DNA of 64,000 bases from Gammaproteobacteria bacterium (GTDB lineage Bacteria > Pseudomonadota > Gammaproteobacteria > Pseudomonadales > JAUIET01): positions 81,591 to 145,590 of the forward strand of contig JAUIET010000011.1 of NCBI GenBank assembly GCA_030429735.1, in the 5' to 3' direction. Each line of letters begins with the position of its first letter. Positions within the stretch are counted from its first letter, which is position 1. The notes under the pieces are model-generated. The model saw only the letters and a program-made list of their open reading frames with translations, was not told the DNA's origin and did not search any database. The translations under genes and the position numbers were made by a program. Shown piece by piece: positions 1 to 10,184 of this stretch.

Positions 1-104
1 TTGCTGCGCGCGCCGTGGGAGACTCGATACCAAATGAAGGTTGCAACCTATCAGGCGTTGGAAACGCTGGGTAAACAGTAGCCGTACCCCTGAAAAAAGA
101 ACCA

Positions 105-1001
105 ATGGACAGAATAATGAAGGTATTCAAGGCGCTTTGTTCATTTTTTGTTGTCACGTCATTGATTGCATGTGGCTCGGCTCCGCGATCAACACTGGAA
201 GAGGTGGCAGACAATGGTGGGGTCGAAGAATTTCTCGGCAAGGCTTATACCGACGCGAAAGCGACAGTACAGACGCGCGATCTGGCCTCTATCAATGCTG
301 AACTCAGGCCACACGACCGAGTGTATAAACCGGATGAGAAAGGAAGATTCCCAACCGTATTGTTTTTTCACGGCTGCAGTGGTGCAACGCTGTCGCATGA
401 ACAAGACTGGGCCGAGTTTTACAACGGCATTGGCGTTGCGATGATCGCGGTTGATAGTTATTCGGGGCGCGGCATTGAGTGGGAGCAGGCCTGTGACATG
501 AAAGTAATGACTCCCTGGCAGCGCGCTGCCGATGTATTGGCCAGCATCGATTTTGCGAAACAACAGGCATTTGTAAATGCAGAGCACATTATATTAATGG
601 GCTTCTCTCATGGGGCCATCACTGTCTGGACAACACAGGTGTTCGCATCAACGAAAACGGCTCCACTGGGGTTGGATGCCTGGCCTGAAGACGTGATGAA
701 TGGCGTACAACTCAGTTTGCCATTTTACGGCAGCTGCATAGGACGTTGGACGGTTCCTGTAAAAACCATTGCCTTTCTTGCAGAGGATGATCGTTACATT
801 GATGAACAGTCCTGTATTGATTTTGCAAAGCAGAATTCCGATATGGCTGACTATTTCAGTTACAAGATTTTCCCTGGCGCTACTCACACCTTTGATCATT
901 CGCGACCCAATGCATCAAACGTTGAAGCGGGCTCTGTCTACGATGCAGGCGCGACATCGGAAGCGATGGCGATGATTGCGCAGGCTATTGCGGCTTTTTA
1001 G
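105..1001 (+). CDS. alpha/beta hydrolase, dienelactone-hydrolase-like, probable lipoprotein
   Basis: 298-aa ORF. The N-terminal signal has a lipobox-like LIAC|GS. FFHGCSG and GFSHG (G-x-S-x-G nucleophile elbow) motifs fit the alpha/beta hydrolase fold. Confidence 0.6.
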   Translation: MDRIMKVFKALCSFFVVTSLIACGSAPRSTLEEVADNGGVEEFLGKAYTDAKATVQTRDLASINAELRPHDRVYKPDEKGRFPTVLFFHGCSGATLSHEQDWAEFYNGIGVAMIAVDSYSGRGIEWEQACDMKVMTPWQRAADVLASIDFAKQQAFVNAEHIILMGFSHGAITVWTTQVFASTKTAPLGLDAWPEDVMNGVQLSLPFYGSCIGRWTVPVKTIAFLAEDDRYIDEQSCIDFAKQNSDMADYFSYKIFPGATHTFDHSRPNASNVEAGSVYDAGATSEAMAMIAQAIAAF

Positions 1002-1025
1002 CGACTGCTGGCCCGACCTGAGGCT

Positions 1026-2672
1026 CTACCTTTGGTCTTCCAAAATGATGCAGGCCGCTCTCTCCGCAAGCATGTAAACCGGTGCCTGTGTATTGCAGGA
1101 AGGCACGCTCGGAAATGTTGATGCATCCACTATCCGTAAACTCTTCAGGCCGTGCACCTGCAAGGTGTTGTCGACCACAGAGTCAACAGCCGACCTGCCC
1201 ATTTTACAGGTGCTGGTGGGGTGGAAGACCGTATCTGCACGAGCTCGGATGTCGTTAATCAAATCCTCATCGCTAGTGCAGTCTATACCTGGCAAAGTCT
1301 CCTCAGTGATCAGGGAAGACAAAGCATTGGTCTTTGACAAACAGCGCAAATATTTGGCACCTTCCAACAACTCCTTAAGATCTGCCGCGTCACTCAGGTA
1401 GTTAGGTTGTATTTTTGGGGCTGATTTCGGATCCGCCGAATCAATGTGAATAGAACCGCGACTTTTGGGGCGGCACTGCGATATGGACAGGAGCACGCCG
1501 GGAAAAGGGTCGGGCCGAGTGCTGCGTATTTTGCCGCCGGTGCTCACAGAATAGGTGAGGGGCGAGAAGTAAAGCTGCAAATTAGGTCGCTTCTGTGTGC
1601 TGTCACTCCGGTAAAAACCGCCAGCTTGATTGACGCCCAATGCCAAAGGGCCGCGGCGGGCAAACAGGTACTGTACACCGGCATAAAGTTTTCCCCACCA
1701 TGGGTACAGAACGTTATTCAGTGTAGGCTCCGCGCAGCGATAATAATGTGTATACGCCAGGTGATCCTGAAGATGCTGCCCTACGTTGCGGTTATCAAAC
1801 ACCGGCTTGATGCCCAAACGAGACAAGTGTTCGGCGCTGCCAACACCCGAGAGCTGTAACAACTGTGGCGAGTTAATAGTACCCGCGCTGAGTACTACGC
1901 TTCTGCGAGCATAGATCGTTCGCTGCGTGTTGTTTTTCTCAAACTCAACGCCAATCGCGCGCTGGTCCTGAAAAAGAACCTTGTGCGCCAGAGCATTGTT
2001 TACCAGGCGCAGGTTTTTTCTGGAACGTACCGGGTGTAAATAGGCGCGCGCGGCTGACATGCGACGCCCGGCTTTTGCGGTGATCTCGTAGTAGCCAACA
2101 CCTTCCTGATGCTCGCCATTGAAGTCGGATGTTCTTGGCAAACCCAGTTCCGTGGCGGCTTGAAGAAAACGCTCGCACAATGGGTGGTACGCCTGATGTA
2201 CATCGGCAATGTGCAACGGCCCATCTCCTCCCCTCAGGGAACTGCTGCCCCGCGAACTGCCTTCAAGCTTCAAATACCAGGGCAATACCTCATCCCAACT
2301 CCAGCCGTTTGCTCCTTGTGCCTGCCAGTCGTCATAATCTGAGGGCTGGCCGCGTGTATACACCATTGCATTGATGGCGCTCGAGCCGCCTAACACTTTG
2401 CCGCGTGGCCAAAAGCTTTTTCTATTGTTCAGCGCAATCGAGCCCTCGCTGTTATACATCCAGTTAAGCCGCGGGTTTTCAAATGTCTTGCCATAGCCCA
2501 GTGGCGTCTGAATCCAAAAACTGTTGTCTCGCCCTCCGGCTTCGATCACGCACACGGAGTAGCGACCGCATTCGCTGAGCCTATTCGCAAGCACACAGCC
2601 TGCAACACCTGCACCAACTACGACAAAATCGTAGTGTTCTGCCGTCGACGAAAAGTGACTGTTACTTCTCAT
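1026..2672 (-). CDS. GMC family FAD oxidoreductase (choline/alcohol dehydrogenase-like)
   Basis: 548 aa. The N-terminal DFVVVGAGVAGCVLANRLSE is an ADP-binding fold. The C-terminal HPTSTCKMG segment matches the GMC signature. Length is typical of BetA/AlkJ-like enzymes. Confidence 0.85.
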   Translation of the reverse strand: MRSNSHFSSTAEHYDFVVVGAGVAGCVLANRLSECGRYSVCVIEAGGRDNSFWIQTPLGYGKTFENPRLNWMYNSEGSIALNNRKSFWPRGKVLGGSSAINAMVYTRGQPSDYDDWQAQGANGWSWDEVLPWYLKLEGSSRGSSSLRGGDGPLHIADVHQAYHPLCERFLQAATELGLPRTSDFNGEHQEGVGYYEITAKAGRRMSAARAYLHPVRSRKNLRLVNNALAHKVLFQDQRAIGVEFEKNNTQRTIYARRSVVLSAGTINSPQLLQLSGVGSAEHLSRLGIKPVFDNRNVGQHLQDHLAYTHYYRCAEPTLNNVLYPWWGKLYAGVQYLFARRGPLALGVNQAGGFYRSDSTQKRPNLQLYFSPLTYSVSTGGKIRSTRPDPFPGVLLSISQCRPKSRGSIHIDSADPKSAPKIQPNYLSDAADLKELLEGAKYLRCLSKTNALSSLITEETLPGIDCTSDEDLINDIRARADTVFHPTSTCKMGRSAVDSVVDNTLQVHGLKSLRIVDASTFPSVPSCNTQAPVYMLAERAACIILEDQR

Positions 2673-2746
2673 ATTCCGTATTCAAGCCAGGCTGAAAGCG
2701 CGTATCCTAATGCATTGGCGATTTTGCACCTACTGAAAACTAAAAT

Positions 2747-4111
2747 ATGACGAAACATGTACAAGAGCCAGCCCGACATGTTCCGGTGATTGCTGATTTT
2801 GATGTGTTAGTCGTTGGCAGTGGTCCGGCCGGGCTGGCCGCTGCAATTGCGGCAGCACGTGCCGGTGCAAACACGGCCCTGCTGGAGCGGTACGGGTGCT
2901 TTGGCGGCAATATAACCCAGGTGGGAGTGGAAGGTTTTGCCTGGTACCGGCACGAAACAACGGTGGACAGCGAGGGAATCGGTATAGAGTTTGAGCAACG
3001 GGCCAAACAGCTGGGAGCGACCTTACCGGAACCACAATCCATCAGCGAGTCACTGGACGGCGAGGCGTTCAAGTACGTGGCGGATGAAATGGTGATGGAA
3101 GCAGGAGTAAGCCCGTTGCTGCACCGGCTGTTTGTGGCGCCAGTTCTGGACGATGGCGCGATTATTGGTGTGATCGTTGAGAGCAAATCGGGCCGTGAGG
3201 CTATCATGGCCAAGAGGATTATTGATGCCACTGGCGATGCCGATGTTGCCAGTCGAGCGGGTGCGCTTGTTTGCAAAGCACCTCGCGAAGATCTGATGGG
3301 CGCATCGGTTATGTTCTCCATGAGCGGCGTCAATAAGACCGAGTTTATTGAGCATATAAAAGCCGACCCGCAAACCTATAGTGACTGGGCCGGTGGAGAA
3401 TGGACGATTGAAACATCAGGGAAGGAAGATGATATGTTTTCGCCTTTTCTGCGCAAACCCTTTGAGCTGGCGATCAAGAGCGGACTGATACCCGAAACTC
3501 TGAATACCCTTTGCGGGACCTGGGGCAGTATTTCGGAGCAGGGCGATTTGAGCTACCTTAATCTGGTCCACCTTGCGAATGTTGACGGAACTGACGCGCA
3601 AGACCTTAGCCGAGCGGAGATCGAGGGGCGGCAGCAAGCCATGTTGGCTATCAAGGCGCTCAAACAGTTTACACCGGGCTGCAACAACGCGAAGCTTCGT
3701 AATTTTGGAATGACGTTGGGTATTCGCGAAACCCGGAAAATAGATGGTGTCTATAATATGACCGCCTCAGATGTTCGCGAACAAGCCCGGTTTGAGGACA
3801 GTATTGGCATATTTCCAGAGTTTATTGATGGCTATGGTATTTTGATCCTGCCAACCACAGGTCGCTATTTCCAGCTTCCTTATCGCGCGCTGTTGCCCAA
3901 AGGAGTTGAGCACCTGCTGGTCGCGGGCCGCAGCATTGGTGGCGACAAAGACTCCCACGCGGCCGTTCGAAACATGATGTGTTGCGCTGTTACCGGGCAG
4001 GGGGCCGGTGTTGCTGCCGCCCTATCCGTACAGCAGAATTGCTCGCTGAAAAACCTGGATGTTGCTCTGGTGCAGGCGGAATTACTCAGGCAGGGCGCGA
4101 GAATTCATTAG
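2747..4111 (+). CDS. FAD-dependent oxidoreductase (GxGxxG, FAD_oxidored-type)
   Basis: 454 aa. The N-terminus DVLVVGSGPAGLAAAIAAARAGANTALLERYGCFGGN is a dinucleotide-binding motif. Divergent from the GMC gene. Its 3' end overlaps the convergent MFS gene by 26 nt. Confidence 0.75.
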   Translation: MTKHVQEPARHVPVIADFDVLVVGSGPAGLAAAIAAARAGANTALLERYGCFGGNITQVGVEGFAWYRHETTVDSEGIGIEFEQRAKQLGATLPEPQSISESLDGEAFKYVADEMVMEAGVSPLLHRLFVAPVLDDGAIIGVIVESKSGREAIMAKRIIDATGDADVASRAGALVCKAPREDLMGASVMFSMSGVNKTEFIEHIKADPQTYSDWAGGEWTIETSGKEDDMFSPFLRKPFELAIKSGLIPETLNTLCGTWGSISEQGDLSYLNLVHLANVDGTDAQDLSRAEIEGRQQAMLAIKALKQFTPGCNNAKLRNFGMTLGIRETRKIDGVYNMTASDVREQARFEDSIGIFPEFIDGYGILILPTTGRYFQLPYRALLPKGVEHLLVAGRSIGGDKDSHAAVRNMMCCAVTGQGAGVAAALSVQQNCSLKNLDVALVQAELLRQGARIH

Positions 4112-5354
4112 TTGCCACTTTCTGCCGGTGACGCATCAGAGCCCACGTGGACAGTGCGCCCACGGCTGAAGCACAAGCAATGTACGCGAAAAATAACTGA
4201 TAGCCTTGGGTCATTGAGTAATTGCTCAGCAGGTAGCTGTTCACCTGCGGCACATACAGGTCGGGACTGTAGCCCACCACTGAGATAAGCCCTATTGCTG
4301 AACCAATAGCCGTTTTCGGAATAGGGCAATCCTCTAACAATGCCCATATTAGCCCGCGCAATGCGTAGGCAAGAATGCCGAAGGGTACAATAAACACCCA
4401 TAGCATCCAGGCATTGGCAGCGCTGGTTGGCATGGTTGCCAGAAAAGCGCACCCTGCTGCGCCGGCCACGAACGCAGTGCACATCATGCGGTCATTGCCA
4501 TAGCGGTCGCCCAGAAAGCCACCAACAATGCCGCCGATAGGCCGCATCCACAGTTTGGTGGTACCCAATGCCATCACCGCCGCCAGTGCCATGCCAAAAC
4601 CGCCATTTTCCGCAAAGCTGGGCAATTCAATGGTGGCCCAGAATATGTGATAAACAGCACTCAATATGATGCACAACAGCCAGACAGAGGGCAGCTTGAT
4701 AATTGCCATTATGTCTTTCAGGTTTGCGCCCGTTTTATAAGCCGCCGCGTCATCGTTGTTGTCTTTTGTGGCAAACATCATAACCACTGCTATGACGATG
4801 CACAGCACTGCGTAGACGATGATAACAGTCTGCATTCCGAACTCTTTGCTGATATACCATGCGAAAATCAATGAAGCGATGGTCATCAATATGGCTTCAA
4901 ATAAGCCCCGCGTTCCTTCAAGAACACCGAACATGCGGCCCTGCTCATGCTTACCCCCAAGCAAATTGGTTTGCTTCAACATGGCAGACCATAGAATACC
5001 TACGCCAATCACGCCCCAGAGCGCGTAGATAATGACCAGCGACTGATAGCTTGGAATGCTAGCGTACCAAAAATAGGTTGCAGAACTGCTGAGCAGGGCA
5101 ATAATCACCAGTTTCTTGGGCGCTACTTTGTCGGCGAGCCAGCCACCCGGCAGATAGCAGATCATGCACGACAAGGCGTAGGTTGAACTTAGATTGCCAA
5201 GCTGCGTTTCGGTAAGCTGAAACACATCAAGCAATGAAGACTTAAAGATCTGGCGCAGGTACGGCATGCTGTAGATCACAGACACGGCCAGCGCCAGCAT
5301 TAGCACCTGCACATAGTTCATCAGCCGCTGCTGATCTATCGCGTCGAATTTCAT
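4086..5354 (-). CDS. MFS transporter
   Basis: 422 aa and highly hydrophobic, with about 12 predicted membrane spans by eye. Its start overlaps the stop of the upstream dehydratase gene by 4 nt (5351-5354), which suggests an operon. Confidence 0.8.
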   Translation of the reverse strand: MKFDAIDQQRLMNYVQVLMLALAVSVIYSMPYLRQIFKSSLLDVFQLTETQLGNLSSTYALSCMICYLPGGWLADKVAPKKLVIIALLSSSATYFWYASIPSYQSLVIIYALWGVIGVGILWSAMLKQTNLLGGKHEQGRMFGVLEGTRGLFEAILMTIASLIFAWYISKEFGMQTVIIVYAVLCIVIAVVMMFATKDNNDDAAAYKTGANLKDIMAIIKLPSVWLLCIILSAVYHIFWATIELPSFAENGGFGMALAAVMALGTTKLWMRPIGGIVGGFLGDRYGNDRMMCTAFVAGAAGCAFLATMPTSAANAWMLWVFIVPFGILAYALRGLIWALLEDCPIPKTAIGSAIGLISVVGYSPDLYVPQVNSYLLSNYSMTQGYQLFFAYIACASAVGALSTWALMRHRQKVATNEFSRPA

Positions 5355-6535
5355 AACGGATACTCTGCCGGCTCCAGGTGTAAATGACTATCGGTGTAGG
5401 GGTGTTGCTCAGCAACGGATTCATTGAGAACCACACCGAGGCCAGGTGAGTCCGGTGGAATCACGTATCCTTCTTCCCATTGAATCGGCGTCTCCAACAG
5501 GTCGGCATAGAACCCGTCCATTTGCTTAATGGACTCCAGTATCAGGAAATTGGGACTGCAGGTGCTCAACTGAATATTTGCCGCTGCAACCACGGGGCCG
5601 CAGTACAAATGCGGCGCAATCTGTGCATAAAAGCTCTCCGCCATGCCCGCTATCTTCTTTGCTTCCAACAAGCCCCCGCAGCGGCCCAGGTTCATTTGTA
5701 AAATTGCAGCCGATCGGTCTTCAAGCACGCGGATGAAATCGTATTTACTGTTTAGACGCTCGCCGGTGGCGACAGGGATACGCGTGCCGGCAGCTACGGT
5801 GGCCATGGCACGGCTGTTTTCCGGTGGTGTGGGCTCTTCCAACCACAGTGGGTCGTAAGGTTCCAGGCGCCTGGCCAAGCGGATCGCGCCTGCCGGTGTC
5901 ATTTGCCCGTGGGTGCCTACCAGCAGATCGATTGAATCGCCAACGGCAGCCCGGAGCTGGCGGATGTATTGCTCACTCAGTGTCAAAGACGCCATAGAGA
6001 GTTGGCGTGGGTCCATGCACGAGTAGCCGCCGGTGGGGTCGAACTTCAGTGCAGTGAAACCTTGCTCTACATACTGCTCGGCTCTGGTGGCTGCCAGTTC
6101 AGGCGTGGTGTAAACGTCTTGTTTGTCGTCGGGTTCTGCGTAAATATACGTGTAGGTACGCAGCTTCTCATGCACTCTGCCGCCCAGCAATTGGTAAACG
6201 GGCTGCTGGCACGATTTACCTACAATATCCCAACACGCCATTTCGACCCCGCTAAGAATCGCACCCAGCGTTAAATCAGGGTGTTGCGTGTAAGCCGACG
6301 AGTACACTCGTCGCCATAGCGCTTCAATTTCAAAAGGGCTTTTGCCCTCTACATGGCGCTCGAACACGTCCTCAATCAGCGTTGCAACAGCCTGTGGGGA
6401 AAAGGGTGGGCTATACACCTCGCCAATGCCTTCCAGCCCACAGGCAGTGCCTAATTTGACGAAAATAAAGTAACGTCCGCCAACCCCCGGCTGCGGGTTG
6501 CCGACCACCCATGTTTTTAGATTTGTTATTTTCAA
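5351..6535 (-). CDS. enolase-superfamily dehydratase (mandelate racemase/muconate lactonizing family, D-galactonate-dehydratase-like)
   Basis: Motifs KITNLKTWVV, DLLVGTHG, LWLEEP and PVATGE fit the metal-binding residues of the MR/MLE family. The ORF track starts at 6598. A TTG at 6535 gives the family-typical N-terminus (M)KITNLK, so the shorter start is preferred. Confidence 0.8.
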   Translation of the reverse strand: MKITNLKTWVVGNPQPGVGGRYFIFVKLGTACGLEGIGEVYSPPFSPQAVATLIEDVFERHVEGKSPFEIEALWRRVYSSAYTQHPDLTLGAILSGVEMACWDIVGKSCQQPVYQLLGGRVHEKLRTYTYIYAEPDDKQDVYTTPELAATRAEQYVEQGFTALKFDPTGGYSCMDPRQLSMASLTLSEQYIRQLRAAVGDSIDLLVGTHGQMTPAGAIRLARRLEPYDPLWLEEPTPPENSRAMATVAAGTRIPVATGERLNSKYDFIRVLEDRSAAILQMNLGRCGGLLEAKKIAGMAESFYAQIAPHLYCGPVVAAANIQLSTCSPNFLILESIKQMDGFYADLLETPIQWEEGYVIPPDSPGLGVVLNESVAEQHPYTDSHLHLEPAEYPL

Positions 6536-6816
6536 TAAGGTCACCGCAGGGTGTTGATCGCAAGCATGCACATTACGGTGTTTCCGAGACGGGTGCAATT
6601 TCTATACGGCGAACATGAAGTGTTCAATGGCGCAAATATATTTAACCTGAACTATCCGGCTTATCTCATTGACACAGAAAAGATTTACCAGGATCGCTCA
6701 AAATAGCGGCACCAAATCCGGTATAAATTCTTATTTCTGATGTGTATTCTTGCCAGCTTGGGTCGGCCCATATTGCCGACCAATTGTTTTAAGAACCACA
6801 GAAAGCTATCTTTTTT

Positions 6817-8952
6817 ATGAGCCACCATAGGTCAGCTCCTAAGGCGCGAGCACGCCTTACTCGCACGCAACGCGGCAAATGCCCAGTGCATATTGTTGTG
6901 TATGCGCTGCTTGCGTCTATCGCATGCAGTGGTGCTGCGGCAGCGCAACAAGAATTCAAGCGCCCGGTTCATATTGCTCAAGCCGTTGATTTTTGGAGCC
7001 GGGTGTATTCGGAAATTGATACTCAGACTGGATTCATTCACGATCGGCGTGAGCCACAGCTTGTTTACGAAGTGTATCCTCTGGATGCCGGCGACACGCC
7101 GAGGCGACAGCAGCGTGATATTGATCGTCGGTTAAAACACTATCGCCAGGTTCTGTCCGACATGCTGGATAGGCCTCGCAGGCAATACGATGCGGAGCAG
7201 CTGCGTATTGCCGCACTGATGGGCGAGCAACAGCCGTCAACAGAACGTTTGCGAGCAGCGATAAGGCAGATACGTTTCCAGCGCGGGCAAGCGGACCGTT
7301 TTGCTGAAGGTATGGCGCGGCAGAAGCGTATGGGTAACGATGTTCGGCAGGTTTTGCATGAACACGGATTGCCCATTGAGATCAATGCATTGCCACACGT
7401 GGAGTCATCCTATAACCCTGGCGTGAAATCGCATGCAGGCGCATTGGGTTTATGGCAGATAATGCCGGCGACCGCCAGGCGTTACCTGACCGTAAACTCG
7501 AAACTGGATGAGCGATTGGATGTTCGCCGTTCAACCGATGCGGCCGCGCGACTGCTAAAGCATAACTATGGTGTGTTAAAAGACTGGTCTTTGGCAGTTA
7601 CTGCCTACAATCGAGGTCTGGCCGGTGTGCGGCGCGCCATTCGCGAAACCGGCAGCCGTGATATCGGCGTAATCAGCAGAGAGTATGAAGGGCGTGGCTT
7701 CGGGTTTGCCTCGCGCAACTTCTACGCAGCGTTCCTGGCCGCCCATGATGTATCGTCCGGGCACTATCCGCCACGTAATGCCCAGGCAGGCGATCAGTCC
7801 GACAATGCGGTACGCTTTGAACTGCGGCGATTCCTGCCATTCCATGAGATTGCACAGGAATTCTCGATTCCCGTACTCGCTTTGAAACGGGCTAATCCTG
7901 AGCTGACCACGCGATACTGGAATGCAGAAAAGTGGATTGAGCCCGAGTATCCACTACAGATACCAATACGCAAGAACGCGGAAACAGCGCTGGCTGCTTT
8001 GCGCAGTCTGGAAGCCTTGTCCGGTCAGGACAGGCAACAAGCGGATCGATTTTACCGAATCCAAAAGGGCGACAAATTGGCTCTGCTCGCCCGCGATTTG
8101 CAAACGGATATGTCGAAGTTAATGAATCTCAATGGCGTGAGTAGCGTGCACAGGATTTACGCTGGTCAAATTTTGCGTTTGCCCTCCGCCGAATTTGACC
8201 CATTGCTGAGGACTGAGGCGCCGCAACCCACCTATGCGAAATTGAATGTTCCAGCAGACGTGTTGCAACACCGCGTGCAAACTCCCCGTCGTGGACAACT
8301 GGTGTACGGAGTACTCAGGGATACAACCGCTTCGCGAGATGTTCTGCGTTATGCGTTTGAAGCAATGCGTCTGAGCACGCCTAACGCATGGGACGTTAGA
8401 GTGGCGTCGTCCATCAGCAGTTTGGCGGCAGTCCCAGAGAGCATTTCAGCCAATCAGTCCAGACAGGCAATAGCTGCTACAAACAATATGTTTGTCAGTG
8501 ATGAATCTGTGCTGGTCGCGGACCCGGCTGACTACCTTGTAGCAAACGATGGCAGCATTGAAATACAGGTTGGCGAAACCCTGGGCCATTATGCGCATTG
8601 GCTGAGTATTCGTTCTACGGATCTGAGACGTCTCAACAAGATGGGTAAGCGTCAGGCAGTGGTTGTTGGCCAGCGCATAAAGCTCAGCTTTGACGACGTG
8701 GACAGGCAAAGCTTTGAACGGTCGCGCCGTTTGCATCATGAACAATTGCAGCAGCGCTACTTCGCGCAGTACCGAATTACCGGTGTTCAAAGTCACCCAC
8801 TCAGTCAGGGTGACAACCTCTGGGAGCTGGCCACCAGTGAATACGGTATTCCTTTGTGGTTACTGCGTCAGTACAATCCGGACTTTGACTTTGGCAGCGT
8901 GTTAGCGCTCAATCAAGTACTGACTATACCCGTAGTCACGGTAAAATCCTGA
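6817..8952 (+). CDS. mltD: membrane-bound lytic murein transglycosylase with LysM domains (MltD-like)
   Basis: 711 aa. SLT catalytic region ESSYNPGVKSHAGALGLWQIMPATARRY. Several LysM-like repeats, e.g. YRIQKGDKLALLARDL...IYAGQILRLP and HPLSQGDNLWELATSEYGIPLWLLRQYNP. N-terminal signal/lipobox-like IACSG. Confidence 0.85.
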   Translation: MSHHRSAPKARARLTRTQRGKCPVHIVVYALLASIACSGAAAAQQEFKRPVHIAQAVDFWSRVYSEIDTQTGFIHDRREPQLVYEVYPLDAGDTPRRQQRDIDRRLKHYRQVLSDMLDRPRRQYDAEQLRIAALMGEQQPSTERLRAAIRQIRFQRGQADRFAEGMARQKRMGNDVRQVLHEHGLPIEINALPHVESSYNPGVKSHAGALGLWQIMPATARRYLTVNSKLDERLDVRRSTDAAARLLKHNYGVLKDWSLAVTAYNRGLAGVRRAIRETGSRDIGVISREYEGRGFGFASRNFYAAFLAAHDVSSGHYPPRNAQAGDQSDNAVRFELRRFLPFHEIAQEFSIPVLALKRANPELTTRYWNAEKWIEPEYPLQIPIRKNAETALAALRSLEALSGQDRQQADRFYRIQKGDKLALLARDLQTDMSKLMNLNGVSSVHRIYAGQILRLPSAEFDPLLRTEAPQPTYAKLNVPADVLQHRVQTPRRGQLVYGVLRDTTASRDVLRYAFEAMRLSTPNAWDVRVASSISSLAAVPESISANQSRQAIAATNNMFVSDESVLVADPADYLVANDGSIEIQVGETLGHYAHWLSIRSTDLRRLNKMGKRQAVVVGQRIKLSFDDVDRQSFERSRRLHHEQLQQRYFAQYRITGVQSHPLSQGDNLWELATSEYGIPLWLLRQYNPDFDFGSVLALNQVLTIPVVTVKS

Positions 8953-8967
8953 TTGCCACTGTCGCGT

Positions 8968-10175
8968 TTACGCGGCCCTGGTTCCCGGTTCGACGTAGAC
9001 GCCCACAACTGCGAGCACCACACTGACACAGGCGTAGCATGCACCCAATAAGGCCAGTAAATTGAAGCTAACGCCCAGATCCAGGCAAAGACCAATTATC
9101 ACCGGGGACAATGCAGAGGCGAGCACCATGATTGCCGACGTTGCAGACTTTATTGAACCAATGTTGGCAGTGCCGTAAAGCTCGGCGTAAAAAGGGCTCA
9201 ATGCGGTACCCAGCATACCGGTGCTGATTGACATCAGAATAAGAAAAGCACCGGCCGACCACGGTGCCGAGAAACTGGCCAGGAAAAACAGAGCGAAGGC
9301 CAATGGCAGGGGTAACCACGGCACAATACGCTCAGCGCCGAATGTATCGATGAGACGACCACAGAGCAGTGCGGCGACCATTGACGTTACGCCATACACG
9401 ATAAACCAGTTGCCCCAGTCCTGCAGCGACCACTGCTTGAACTCAACCAGCGCAATTTGATGAAAAATGAACCCCGTGAACAAAAGCGCGCCTGAAGAGG
9501 CTGCCGGTAAAAACAAGTAAAACCGTGCATCTCTCAACACCTCACTGCGGCTCCAGTCGGGTCTGGTATTGGGCTGATTCGCATGCTCGAGTGAGCGCAG
9601 GTATTGCGTGTGTCTGAACGTGTGACCACGTAACAAGAACATTACTAATGGTGCAAGGAAGACGATCAGAATGAGCGCCACGAACAGCAGTACTGACTGC
9701 CAGGAAAACAGCAGCATGGAAGCGATAACGATGGCCGGCAGCAATGCTTCACCGGCTCGATAGCCCATGCCGCTTAGCGCATTCGCGGTGCCGCGCTAAT
9801 ATACCTGACCATAGTTGTTCCGGCAGACATCACCATCAGCCCCTGGCCGAACTGTCGAAGCAGGAAAAACGCAACCAGCAATGTTAACACGTTGCTGCCG
9901 TAGGCCAGGGCGGCGCATCCGGTCGCGAGACCGGCAATCACAATTTGCGAAAAGACTCTTAGGTCGAGACGATCGATCAAGGTACCCGTCCAGACTACGG
10001 CTACCGCACTCAGTAGAGTAGCGGCCGAATAAACCGCACTGAATTCAGCGTGACTGAGGTTTAGGTGCTGACGCAAATCAGCGCTGAAATAGGCAATAAA
10101 AAAAGTCTGGCCAGGTGACGAGAACAGCGTCATCAAAAAGCCGAAAGCCAGCAATCGCCACTCTTTGCTTAACAT
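8968..10175 (-). pseudogene. MFS transporter interrupted by a frameshift (1-nt deletion near 9795)
   Basis: Two hydrophobic ORFs (9774-10175 and 8968-9768) are the N- and C-terminal parts of one MFS protein. The upstream frame ends ...TTMVRYISAAPRMR*. The -1 frame reads RGTANALSGMGYRAGEALLP, the conserved loop motif of this transporter type. Restoring one C in agc(c)gcggc would join them. Confidence 0.7.
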
Positions 10176-10184
10176 GCGAACTCA

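Noticed and set aside
6750-6790. Hairpin GGTCGGC-ccatatt-GCCGACC followed by aattgtttt upstream of mltD (terminator-like)
   Set aside because: - No upstream + strand gene exists for it to terminate, because the neighbouring gene is divergent.
- It may be a leader structure.
- The evidence is insufficient for a feature call.
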